From NCBI GenBank assembly GCA_963821525.1, contig CAWGED010000010.1, positions 136,425 to 200,424 of the forward strand: a DNA stretch of 64,000 bases, written 5' to 3'. This DNA comes from an uncultured Gemmatimonadales bacterium (GTDB lineage: Bacteria > Gemmatimonadota > Gemmatimonadetes > Gemmatimonadales > GWC2-71-9). The position numbers and the translations under genes are program-made. Below are positions 38,046-47,133 of the stretch, piece after piece; positions within the stretch are counted from its first letter, which is position 1, and every line of letters starts with the position of its first letter. The notes under the pieces were generated by a model that saw nothing but the letters and a program-made list of their open reading frames with translations, was not told where the DNA came from and ran no database searches.

Positions 38046-38708
38046 ATGACCAATCCAGTCGCACCCCAGGTCGATTGTGAACAGCAGCACCCCAGCATTC
38101 CTGTACCCGATGTCCTCGCCGCGGCGGACTTCTACACCACCAAGCTTGGGTTCCGGCTGGGTTTCACCTGGGGCGAGCCGCCAACGATGGCAGGGGTCAA
38201 CCTTGGCGACGTGCAGATCTTCCTCCGGCAGGGGACCCCGGCGCCTCAAGGCTGCACCCTCTACTTCGTGATCGGCGCAGCCGACGAGCTGTGCGAGTTC
38301 CAGCGCGCCCGCGGAGTCGAGATCGTCGAGCCCGTCGGGGACCGGCCCTGGGGTTTCCGGGACTACACCGTCCGAGACCTCCACGGCTATCACCTGATCT
38401 TCGGGCAGCGGATCTACAACGATGGCCCACCGCTCCTGATCGAGCGGGTGGACGTTCCTTTACGCCTGGAGCGCCGGCTGGCCGCGGTGCTGCGGGATCT
38501 CGCCGAGTACAAGCGCATGAGCCTGAGCAGCTGTGTGGAGGAAACCCTCCTCCACACCTTCACCCCGTTGGGTGACGGTGTCGCGAGTCCCCACACCAAG
38601 AGCGACCTGCGACAGATCCAGCGTCTCATGGCGACGCATGGGATCGACTATGACAGTCACGGCAGTTATAGGTTTGTCGAAGCGGGAACGGTGAACAGTG
38701 AACGGTGA
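38046..38708 (+). CDS. VOC family protein with extra C-terminal domain
   Basis: FYTTKLGF...DRPWGFRDYTVRDLHGY, then RLERRLAAVLRDLAEYKRMSLSSCVEE...IDYDSHGSYRF. Confidence 0.85.
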   Translation: MTNPVAPQVDCEQQHPSIPVPDVLAAADFYTTKLGFRLGFTWGEPPTMAGVNLGDVQIFLRQGTPAPQGCTLYFVIGAADELCEFQRARGVEIVEPVGDRPWGFRDYTVRDLHGYHLIFGQRIYNDGPPLLIERVDVPLRLERRLAAVLRDLAEYKRMSLSSCVEETLLHTFTPLGDGVASPHTKSDLRQIQRLMATHGIDYDSHGSYRFVEAGTVNSER

Positions 38709-38850
38709 ACGGGAGCAATGCAGAGGGAAAGACGTGAGGCTGTCATTCCGAGCGCAGCGAGGAATCCCTATGCCAGCCTTTATCGGAGTTCTCCGGTTCA
38801 CCGTTCACCGTCTGTCACCGCTGACCCCTGACCCCTGACCCCTAACACCT
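38684..38850. repeat. inverted GTGAACG element enclosing a REP-like palindrome, followed by a CTGACCC arm
   Basis: Arms 38684-38715 and 38791-38812; TGTCATTCCGAGCGCAGCGAGGAATC at 38741-38766; (CTGACCC)3 from 38821. Confidence 0.88.
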
Positions 38851-38856
38851 ACCCAG

Positions 38857-39375
38857 ATGCACCCGTCCATCACCCCGCTCGCCAGCATCTTCCGCCTCAA
38901 CACCGAGCTCGTCCTCAACTGCATCGAGGACCTCGACGACGAGCGGGCCCAGGAGCGGGGAGATCCGCCGGTCAACAGCATCACCTTTCTGGTCGTGCAC
39001 CTCACTGAGACCCGGCACCTCATGGCGGGCCTCATGGGTCAGCCCCTGCCCTCTCCGTTCTCCCAGGCCTTCGGCAAGGCGCGCACACTGGATGAAGCGG
39101 GCCCGCTTCCTTCCCTCGATGATGTGCGCGGGCACTGGGAGCGGATCTCGGCGCACGTTGCCGTGCACATCGAGCGGCTCGACACCGCCCAGCTGGCTCA
39201 GTCGTCGTCCCAAAAGTTGCCCGGTTCGGACGGCACGCTGCTCGGCGCCCTGGCATTCCTGGCCCAGCATGAGAGTTATCATCTGGGTCAGATCGGGATT
39301 CTCCGTCGCCAGCGAGGTTGCTCCCCGATGCAGTACCGTCTGAGACCCCGCGAGCCCGGCCGGGTCGGAGCCTGA
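38857..39375 (+). CDS. DinB family protein
   Basis: NSITFLVVHL and HESYHLGQI. Confidence 0.88.
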   Translation: MHPSITPLASIFRLNTELVLNCIEDLDDERAQERGDPPVNSITFLVVHLTETRHLMAGLMGQPLPSPFSQAFGKARTLDEAGPLPSLDDVRGHWERISAHVAVHIERLDTAQLAQSSSQKLPGSDGTLLGALAFLAQHESYHLGQIGILRRQRGCSPMQYRLRPREPGRVGA

Positions 39376-39381
39376 GGAACT

Positions 39382-39915
39382 ATGCCGCTGAAAGCGTCGG
39401 TCTTCATCGGGACCAGCCTCGACGGGTTCATTGCCCGGGCCGATGGCGCGCTGGATTTCCTCCCGGACGGCGGTGGCGAGGAGCACGGCTACGAGGCTTT
39501 TATGGCCTCGGTCGATGCCCTCGTGATCGGACGAAAGACCTACGAGACCGTATTGGGCTTCGATGCCTGGGCCTATGGAGACAAAGCGGTCTTCGTGTTG
39601 AGCACCCGTGCCCTTGCTCCCGCGCCCAAGGGCGCGATGGTAGAGCGGATGTCGGGAGAGCCGAGCGACATCGTGGCGGTGCTCGAGTCGCGGGGAATCC
39701 GGCACGTCTACGTCGATGGCGGTATCACGATCCAGCGGTTTCTGGTGGCGGGATTGATTCACCGAATCATCATCACTCGGGTTCCGGTGTTGATTGGAGA
39801 AGGCATCCCGCTCTTCGGTGCGCTGCCGCGGGATATCCCGCTTCACCATGTTGCGACACGGCAGTATCAGAGTGGCCTCGTCCAGAGCGAGTATCTGATT
39901 GAGAAGATTCGGTGA
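39382..39915 (+). CDS. dihydrofolate reductase/RibD C-terminal domain protein
   Basis: SLDGFIA, GRKTYE, YVDGG, PVLIGEGIPLF. Confidence 0.9.
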   Translation: MPLKASVFIGTSLDGFIARADGALDFLPDGGGEEHGYEAFMASVDALVIGRKTYETVLGFDAWAYGDKAVFVLSTRALAPAPKGAMVERMSGEPSDIVAVLESRGIRHVYVDGGITIQRFLVAGLIHRIIITRVPVLIGEGIPLFGALPRDIPLHHVATRQYQSGLVQSEYLIEKIR

Positions 39916-40287
39916 GCTCGAGACACCCGAAGAGTCCGGTCGCTGACGCGGAAAAGCAGCTCAAGAGCTTCATTGCCAGGTTCGAGCCCAAGCACCGGGC
40001 TTTGATCCGGGCCATGCGTCTACAACTTCTTCGTGATCGGCTATGGCCCGACCGAGCGGCCCTCGGATGCCATTCTCTCGCTTACCGGTAGTGCCAACGG
40101 GGTCGGCCTTTGTTTCATCCATGGTGCCAGTCTCCCGGATCCCCAGAGGATCCTGCTGGGCTCGGGAAACCAGACCCGCTTCATTCGCGTAGACTCGGCC
40201 GAGGTCCTGGGCCCCCGTCAAAGCAACGACCTCGGAAACGTGCGAAGCGCTGACCGTCGCCTTTGTCGCCTTCGACTAGATCCCTGA
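39912..40287 (+). pseudogene. DUF1801-like gene with internal deletion and truncated end
   Basis: AEKQLKSFIARFEPKHRALIRAMR jumps frame at 40020 into YNFFVIGYGPTERPSDAI...LPDPQRILLGSGNQTRF. Confidence 0.6.
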
Positions 40288-40306
40288 CACCTGACCCCTG
40301 ACACCT
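40282..40306. repeat. single CTGACMC heptamer arm directly before a start codon
   Basis: CCCTGACACCTGACCCCTGACACCT. Confidence 0.7.
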
Positions 40307-40308
40307 TC

Positions 40309-41031
40309 ATGCTCTTCCTTCTCGTTCTCGCCACCGTCAACCAAGCCCCCGGCAAATGGCCACCAGACTCACTCATCAACACCAAGGTCATTCCCCACAA
40401 CACGCCGGTCACGCAGGTAGTCGGCACCATGCGCAACTTCACCAACGCGCTGGGGGTACGCTGTCATACCTGCCATGAGGGCGAGGAGGGAACGCCTTTG
40501 GAGAAGACCGATTTCGCGAGCGACAAAAAGCGGATGAAGCTGGTGGCCCGACAGATGATGCGGATGGTCGAGGAGATCAACCACCGGCTCGACACCATCC
40601 CGGAGCGGCCCGACTCCGCGGTCCAGGTCACCTGCCGCACCTGCCACCGCGGGGTCTCTCGACCGGCCCCGCTCTATCAGGTGCTGACCGAGGCCGCGAG
40701 CGCTGGCGGGGCGGATTCCAGCATTCGTGCCTATCAGGCACTGCGGCAGAAGTACTATGGACGTGACGCCTACGACTTCGGCGAACAATCTCTCAACATC
40801 GCCGCCTTCAGGGTGGGACAAGCCGGGAAGTTCGAGGACGCCTTTGCCCTGCTCCGGCTCAACGAAGGACTCTTCCCCGGCTCCTCCGGAATGGCGGTCT
40901 TTCAGGGCAACATCTATCTGATGAAAGGCGACACCTCTTCGGCCGCGAACGCGTTCCGGGAGGCCATCAAGCGGGATACCGCGAATGGCGAAGCGAAGAG
41001 GCGACTCGAGGATATTGGGGTGAAGCCTTAG
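40309..41031 (+). CDS. diheme c-type cytochrome with C-terminal TPR
   Basis: CHTCH and CRTCH; ARQMMRMV; TPR-like helices after EQSLN. Confidence 0.85.
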   Translation: MLFLLVLATVNQAPGKWPPDSLINTKVIPHNTPVTQVVGTMRNFTNALGVRCHTCHEGEEGTPLEKTDFASDKKRMKLVARQMMRMVEEINHRLDTIPERPDSAVQVTCRTCHRGVSRPAPLYQVLTEAASAGGADSSIRAYQALRQKYYGRDAYDFGEQSLNIAAFRVGQAGKFEDAFALLRLNEGLFPGSSGMAVFQGNIYLMKGDTSSAANAFREAIKRDTANGEAKRRLEDIGVKP

Positions 41032-41059
41032 CTTAGAGAAGAACGACAAAGGTTGTAGG

Positions 41060-41109
41060 ACTCCCTACTCCCTAGACTCCAACCGACCATTGACCACCGA
41101 CCACCGACT
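41060..41109. repeat. ACTCCCT and CCACCGA heptamer arms overlapping the next start
   Basis: ACTCCCTACTCCCTAGACTCC then CCGACCATTGACCACCGACCACCGACT. Confidence 0.7.
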
Positions 41110-43228
41110 GGCGATTCCCGCCCTTGCCCTGCTGCTGACGACCTCAACACTCGCGGCCCAGGCGCCCAGCAGCGACCCCGCACCGGATCCGATCCCGCCG
41201 CATCAGAGCTTCACCATTGAATCCAAGGTGCTCGCCGAGCGTCGGTTGGTGAACGTGTACACCCCGCCGGGATATGCGGCGTCGCCCGGCGTCGCGTATC
41301 CGGTGCTTTACATGCTGGATGGCGGGCTGGAGGAAGACTTCCCCCACGTGGTGAACACGGTCGATTCGTTGATCAAGCTCAAGGTGATCCGGCCGGTGCT
41401 GGTCGTGGGAATCGAGAACACCGAGCGGCGTCGCGACCTGACGGGTCCGACCACGGTCGCCAAGGACAGTACGATCGCGCCTCACGTCGGCGGGTCGGCC
41501 GCCTTTCGCCAGTTCGTCCGGGAAGAGTTCATGCCGGAGGTGAAGTCCCGGTACCGCTGCACCGACGAGACCACGATGGTTGGCGAGTCGCTCGCCGGAC
41601 TCTGGATCGTGGAGACCTTCCTGCTCGAGCCGAAGCTGTTCCACGGGTACATCGCCCTGGACCCCAGCCTCTGGTGGAACCGGGCCGAGCTGGTGGCTTC
41701 GGCGGATTCGAGGCTCAAGAACCTCAAAGGGATCAAGCGGACCCTGTTCCTGTCCTCGGCCGTCGATGAGGATATCGTCGCCAATACGGCGAACCTGGCG
41801 GCAACGCTCAAGAAATCCGCCCCGGCTGGGCTCACGTTCTACTACGAGCCGAGACCCGACCTGACGCATATGACGATTTTCCGGGGAGAGGGGCCGAAGG
41901 CGTTCGTGACGGTGCTACAATCGCCTTCCCCGCCTGACTCCCTCGAGCAGGAACGCGTCGTCGGCGCGCTCGGCGCCAGGCTGGACGCGCAGCTCACCCG
42001 CTTTGCCGAGTATGGTTTCTGGGGAACCGTGCTCGTCGCCCGTGAGGGCCAAATCGTGCTGGTCAAGGGATACGGCCTGGCGGACGCCGATCGCGACATC
42101 CGAAACACCGCGGCCACCCGCTTCGAGCTGAACTCGATGACCAAGATGTTTACTGGCGTCGCGATCCTGCAGCTGGATGCCGCCGGCCGACTCCACGTCG
42201 CCGACTCCGTGGAGCGATACCTCGGTCCCTTCCCTGCGGGCAAGCAGGGCGCAACCATCGAGCAACTGGCCAGCCATACCGCCGGTTTGATCGAAGCTGG
42301 AGCGGACCTGGCGGGCGACAGTCGCGCCGCCTTCGTGCACGACGTCAAGCAGACGCCGAGGGAGTCGCCGCCGGGGGAACAGTACCGGTACACCAATGCG
42401 GGTTACTCGCTGCTCGCCGCTATCATCGAGCAGGTCAGCGGTGGGTCGTACGAGGACTACCTGCTGACTCATCTGCTCAAACGAGCCGGGATGCGGAGCG
42501 CAACCTTTCGCGATCGGCTCCCGCAGGGCGATTTGCGATTCGCCCGGGGCTATGTCGGCACTCCAGCACGGCTCGAGCCAGGACCTCCGAATCCCTACGT
42601 TTGGGGGACCCGTGGGGCGGGAGGCGTGTGGGCCACCGTCGGCGATGTGTATCGCTGGCTTCTCGCAGTTCAAGGCGACAGCCTGCTACCTGCGCCACAA
42701 CGCCGCCTGCTCTTCTCCCCACCGCGACCTCCCTCGCAGGAGGCCTACGGCTGGCACGTCACCACCGACTCCGGAGGGAGGCCCCTGATCCAGAAAGGCG
42801 GAGGATCTGACGACTTCGCCTCGGACATGCTGTATTACCCGAGCGATCGCGTCATAATCATCTGGGCCAGCAACAATCTCAGGCAGCGGTGGCGCCGGGC
42901 GCTGAACCGTACCCTATCGGCGCTGGCCTTTGACAAGCCTGCTGCTGCCCTGCCCGAGGTCACCTCCCTTCCGGTCGGCGCACTCGCGACACGGGCACGA
43001 CTCTACCGTTCCGGCAACGATTCCCTCCAACTTCGCGCCGGACCCGGATATCTCTACGCAGAGTCCAATCAGCTCGGTGTTCCGACCGAACTGATGTTCT
43101 TTCCCCACGACACTCACCATTTCACCGCCTTCGACCCGCTCAGCGGCAACCTGAGCGGGCTTCGATTCGACGAGGGTTCGGTAACGATAGAACTGCCCGA
43201 TGGACGAGCCGTCACAGCCAGCCAGTGA
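41090..43228 (+). CDS. fusion of IroE/BesA-like esterase and beta-lactamase-family serine hydrolase
   Basis: YPVLYMLDG, GESLAG, PSLWW; then SMTK, LASHTAG, YTNAGY. Confidence 0.85.
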   Translation: MTTDHRLAIPALALLLTTSTLAAQAPSSDPAPDPIPPHQSFTIESKVLAERRLVNVYTPPGYAASPGVAYPVLYMLDGGLEEDFPHVVNTVDSLIKLKVIRPVLVVGIENTERRRDLTGPTTVAKDSTIAPHVGGSAAFRQFVREEFMPEVKSRYRCTDETTMVGESLAGLWIVETFLLEPKLFHGYIALDPSLWWNRAELVASADSRLKNLKGIKRTLFLSSAVDEDIVANTANLAATLKKSAPAGLTFYYEPRPDLTHMTIFRGEGPKAFVTVLQSPSPPDSLEQERVVGALGARLDAQLTRFAEYGFWGTVLVAREGQIVLVKGYGLADADRDIRNTAATRFELNSMTKMFTGVAILQLDAAGRLHVADSVERYLGPFPAGKQGATIEQLASHTAGLIEAGADLAGDSRAAFVHDVKQTPRESPPGEQYRYTNAGYSLLAAIIEQVSGGSYEDYLLTHLLKRAGMRSATFRDRLPQGDLRFARGYVGTPARLEPGPPNPYVWGTRGAGGVWATVGDVYRWLLAVQGDSLLPAPQRRLLFSPPRPPSQEAYGWHVTTDSGGRPLIQKGGGSDDFASDMLYYPSDRVIIIWASNNLRQRWRRALNRTLSALAFDKPAAALPEVTSLPVGALATRARLYRSGNDSLQLRAGPGYLYAESNQLGVPTELMFFPHDTHHFTAFDPLSGNLSGLRFDEGSVTIELPDGRAVTASQ

Positions 43229-43297
43229 GTGGCATTACTGACGCAACCAAACGCTCCTGCGTTGCGTCAGAGAGGCACTCCCTACAGAGGAACAGCC

Positions 43298-43730
43298 ATG
43301 TCCAGCCGCGCCAGCGCCTTCATCCTCCTCGCGCTCGTAGCCAGCGCCACTCCGGGCGCAGAACTCCCCCGCCAGCGACGAAGCCCAGGTCCGGTCGGTG
43401 GTCGAGTCCTACCTGCACGGTCTCAAGTTCAACGACGTCGAGAGCTTACAGAAGGCGTTCTGGCCCGACGCCAAGCTCTTCTTCGTAGACAAGAAGGGAG
43501 GCCTGGGTCAGCTCACTCAGTCCCAGTGGTACGCGATGTTCGCCGGGTCGGCGGGGAAGGAAGAAAAGGGTGACCTCAAGATCGCTGCCCTCGAGGTCAC
43601 CCGTGATATCGCCAGCGTCAAAGTCGTCGAGAACTACCCCGGCTCCCGCTACATCGACTACCTCTCCCTGGTCCGCTTCGATGGCGCGTGGAAGATCGTG
43701 AACAAGATCTACACTTCAGAGAAGACTTAG
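43298..43730 (+). CDS. secreted NTF2-like (lumazine-binding-like) protein (frameshift near 43355)
   Basis: GAGG RBS and signal peptide, then VVESYLHG...KAFWPDA...YIDYLSLVRFDGAWKIVNK in the next frame. Confidence 0.8.
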
Positions 43731-43749
43731 CGGCAGCGCTGCGATCGGA

Positions 43750-44422
43750 TCAGGACGCTCGAGTCCCCTGCAGCTGGAGGTGATAGGTGCCGCCGCCTCC
43801 AGTCAGTTCGACGACCCCGGCAACTGGCTTTGCCCCGGGTGCGAGGTCCGTGCCGGCTGGCGGGTTCAGGACCTTGCAGGTGGCGATGCAGTCGAGCCCC
43901 CGCCAGTAGATGGCGCCGTTTTCGTTGGTAATGAGAAGAGCCGCCGAGCCGATCCAGTGGGCGTCTTGCTGAGTCACCGGGGCCAGAACGGCGGCGAGGG
44001 CGGTGACACGATCCGACGGATGTTGGCCCAGGGCCTTGGTTGAGCTGGCCGCGGCCTGGGTCTCATCCGAGAGGCGAACCTGCTTGCCCTCGAGGACCGA
44101 CACCAGGAGCCGGACGCTGTCACCCGGTTGGAGGCTGAGATCGACCAGTGGGCCCGCGCCGAGCGCTTCATCGAGATGAATGCTGAGGTGACCAGTGGAC
44201 GGCAGGTGGAGACTGGCGGTGTCCGCCCCGGGGCCGAGCACCGAGAGCAGGAGGTAGGGAGCGTCGTCGGTGTCGCCGGATCCAGTGGGTGTGGTGAGAG
44301 CCGCGGCGTGGAGAGTCGCCATCGTCATGTGGACCCGCCGCCGGGGCGTATGGAGCGGAAGCGGTGGTAAACAGCAGTAGCGAGCCGAGTACGCCACAGA
44401 GCACGACGTTCTTCATTGACAT
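43750..44422 (-). CDS. hypothetical secreted protein (frameshift near 44340)
   Basis: Signal peptide MSMKNVVLCGVLGSLLLF in one frame, body of about 190 aa in the adjacent frame. Confidence 0.55.
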
Positions 44423-44541
44423 GGTGGAGTTGGATGTTGAGGTTGCCAAGAGTTAACCCGCTCGCGATTGGGGCGCGCAAGTCGGCCGAATGCCTACAAA
44501 ACGCTCAAGGTGACATCCTGGAACGGACAGGACCTACTCGT

Positions 44542-45006
44542 ATGCCCAGACTTCCCAGAGCAATCATTGCCGCCTTAATCCTTCTGGTCGCCCTCTGCCC
44601 TCCCCTTTCAGCACAAAAGGACGAACAAGCCCTCCGCGCCATGGACAGCGCCTGGGCCCGCAGCTACGCCACGCACGACACGGCCCTCGCCATTTCCCTG
44701 ATGAGCGACCGGATGGTGATGACCAGCACCGACGGGCAGGTCAAGGACAAGGTCATGGAGCTCGAGCACATTCGGCCGGCGCCCGGCCTTGTGATGCATC
44801 ACTTCAGGACGTCGGAGGTGCGGGTGGATCTTTACCCGGGCGTCGGCATTGTCACCGGCCTCGCCGACTGGGCCTTCACCTTCAACGGGAAAGAGAACGC
44901 GGTGCGGCGGAGATACACCGCCGTCTACGTACCGGGCGGAAAGCTGGGATGGCAACTCGTGGCGCTACACATGGGACGCGCGCCGGAGTCGACTCCGCCA
45001 AGCTAG
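44542..45006 (+). CDS. secreted NTF2-like DUF4440 protein
   Basis: Signal peptide; WARSYATHD...RYTAVY...GWQLVALH. Confidence 0.82.
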   Translation: MPRLPRAIIAALILLVALCPPLSAQKDEQALRAMDSAWARSYATHDTALAISLMSDRMVMTSTDGQVKDKVMELEHIRPAPGLVMHHFRTSEVRVDLYPGVGIVTGLADWAFTFNGKENAVRRRYTAVYVPGGKLGWQLVALHMGRAPESTPPS

Positions 45007-45010
45007 CAGA

Positions 45011-45063
45011 GCGGACGGGCGCCCGACCGCCTTGTTCGCCCTGTCCGCCCTGTTCGCCTTGAC
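45011..45063. repeat. CCYTGTYCG 9-mer arm
   Basis: CCGCCTTGTTCGCCCTGTCCGCCCTGTTCGCCTTG. Confidence 0.7.
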
Positions 45064-45190
45064 TCTAGGCCGCTTGCAGATTCGAGCCGCAGAGAGTAGC
45101 TCTTTCTAGTCGCCTTCGGAGAGCGTCGCTCCCTCCGCTGCACATCTCTCGCGTCCATCCCGCGAGGTCTTAGAGATTCGAGGTGTTCCG

Positions 45191-45451
45191 ATGCTTTGTA
45201 ATGATTGCAAGACTCAGCAGGCCGTGGAGAGCGAAGGGGCTCCCTTCGATTTCGTCCTGATGGGTACCTCGTACGGGCACCTGTGTGCCGGCTGCGCGCG
45301 GGAGCGCATGGATCAATTCGAGGTTTTCATGCAGCAGGATCTGGAGGGCTCGAGCCACGGCCTCAGCGCCGCCCAGCGGGACGCGATGGTCCGCCAGTAT
45401 CTCACTCACTCCGGGCTTCCCCAGTGGCAGGCATTGCTAGGGTCTGAATAG
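45191..45451 (+). CDS. small protein with two CxxC motifs
   Basis: CNDC and CAGC; GAGGTG RBS. Confidence 0.65.
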   Translation: MLCNDCKTQQAVESEGAPFDFVLMGTSYGHLCAGCARERMDQFEVFMQQDLEGSSHGLSAAQRDAMVRQYLTHSGLPQWQALLGSE

Positions 45452-45463
45452 CGAAGGACAACC

Positions 45464-45877
45464 ATGGTGCACACCACAGCAGAACACGGCACTGAAGTCA
45501 GGATCCTCTCGGCAGTCCCCACCTTTCTGGCCGAAGACGTCGCAGCCACCGCTCGCTGGTACGTGGACAACCTCGGCTTCACTCTCGCCGGTAACTTTCC
45601 AAAGAGTCCGCCGTACGCCTACGCCAGCCTCATGCGGGACGGCGCGGAAATCATGCTGCTCAGTCTCGCCGACTACCGGAAGCCCGACCTCTCGTCGCTG
45701 CGTCCCGAAGGCCTGTGGGATGCGTATTTCCGGATGCGGGGAGTGAACGCCTTGTACCAGCAGGTAAAGGGCGAATCGTTCATCAAGATGAAGCTGAAAC
45801 AGCAGCCCTACAGCGATTGGGAATTCGAGGTGTGCGACCCGAACGGGTATGTCATCGTCTTCGGTGGAGAGTACTGA
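45464..45877 (+). CDS. VOC family protein
   Basis: VPTF.AEDV...WYVDNLGF...EFEVCDPNGYVIVFG. Confidence 0.88.
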   Translation: MVHTTAEHGTEVRILSAVPTFLAEDVAATARWYVDNLGFTLAGNFPKSPPYAYASLMRDGAEIMLLSLADYRKPDLSSLRPEGLWDAYFRMRGVNALYQQVKGESFIKMKLKQQPYSDWEFEVCDPNGYVIVFGGEY

Positions 45878-45881
45878 GGGA

Positions 45882-46292
45882 TTGCAGCCGCCCGGCTACA
45901 GTGGCAAGCCGCTGATCGCGAAGCTGGACGTGAAGCCCGGGCATCGGCTCCTGTTGAAGGGCGCCCCGAACGGGTTCGAAACCGAGTTGCGTCCCCTGCC
46001 CGAGGGAGTCACGCTTGCCGGCGCCGCTAGCCGGACAGCCGATTGCGTTCTGCTCTTCTCTACTTCCAGCGCGCACTTGGAGAAGGCCTTCAGACAGACG
46101 GTCCCGCTCCTTCCACCCGCTGGCATGCTCTGGGTGGCCTGGCCCAAGAAGGCATCCAAAGTTGAGACCGATCTCACCGAGGACGTCGTACGGCGAATCG
46201 GTCTCGCCGCGGGACTGGTGGATATAAAGGTCTGCGCTGTCACCGACATCTGGTCCGGACTCAAGTTCGTCCGGCGATTGAAGGACCGCTGA
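45882..46292 (+). CDS. DUF3052 family protein
   Basis: GYSGKPL.AKL, LWVAWPKKASK, GLVDIKVCAV...WSGLKFV. Confidence 0.85.
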   Translation: MQPPGYSGKPLIAKLDVKPGHRLLLKGAPNGFETELRPLPEGVTLAGAASRTADCVLLFSTSSAHLEKAFRQTVPLLPPAGMLWVAWPKKASKVETDLTEDVVRRIGLAAGLVDIKVCAVTDIWSGLKFVRRLKDR

Positions 46293-46343
46293 GTCACCAG
46301 GAATTGTCGCACCGAGCTACCAATCCTTCTCACCCGAGGCCCC

Positions 46344-47108
46344 ATGCGCTTGACTCTCCTCGTCCCCGTTCTTCTCCTGGCCGCCAGCGCCTGTGGAGCC
46401 AGGAAGCCCGCCGGCCCAAAGGAAATCGCTGGTGACTGCCAGCCGGTGTACGGGGGTTCGATTTGTACCTGGGCAGAAATGGCGGATAGCCACCTCGTCG
46501 CGCTCGGCGCCACGGTTCCCCTGACAACTATTGATAGTGCCCCGCCTGAGATGGCTATGACCTGGCCGCCCGTGCCGGGGGCGGTCATTCGACTGCCGGA
46601 AGTGGCTCGGGCCGCGGTGGGGGTAGATCACCTCGCGGTATTCTGGGAAGCTCACGGCCACCCGCCGGGACCGTTCCTGACGCCGCACTTCGACTTCCAT
46701 TTCTACGTCATCAGCGACAGCGCCGCGGAGGCCATTGACTGCAGCAACATCACCAAACCTCAGGCGATTCCCGCGAGCTACACCCTGCCCGACGTGGATA
46801 TACCGAAACTGGGGATGCTGACCGGCTTGTGCGTGCCAAAGATGGGGATGCATGCGCTGCCGCAGGAGTTCGCGACCGGCACAGCCCCGTTCACCGGAAC
46901 CATGGTGTTCGGCTACTACGCCCAGCGGCCGATCTTCTACGAGCCGATGATCTCCCGCGCCATGCTCCAGGAGCGCCGTTCATTCACCTTGCCGGTTCCT
47001 CCCGAAGGCGATCTGCCGAAGGGCGTCCAGTACCCGACCAAGTTCGAAGCGGTGTACGACTCGACCACGCCGGCTTACCGCTTCGTCTTCAGCGGCTTCT
47101 CCCAATAG
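46344..47108 (+). CDS. DUF5602/TTHB210-like lipoprotein
   Basis: Lipobox ASAC; HGHPP, PHFDFHFY, VPKMGMH, FYEPMI. Confidence 0.72.
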   Translation: MRLTLLVPVLLLAASACGARKPAGPKEIAGDCQPVYGGSICTWAEMADSHLVALGATVPLTTIDSAPPEMAMTWPPVPGAVIRLPEVARAAVGVDHLAVFWEAHGHPPGPFLTPHFDFHFYVISDSAAEAIDCSNITKPQAIPASYTLPDVDIPKLGMLTGLCVPKMGMHALPQEFATGTAPFTGTMVFGYYAQRPIFYEPMISRAMLQERRSFTLPVPPEGDLPKGVQYPTKFEAVYDSTTPAYRFVFSGFSQ

Positions 47109-47133
47109 GGATTGGCCTCACACTGGAGGGCCG

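Noticed and set aside
40309..41031. Evidence of phototrophy
   Set aside because: Only two hemes and no puf or bch genes in the window
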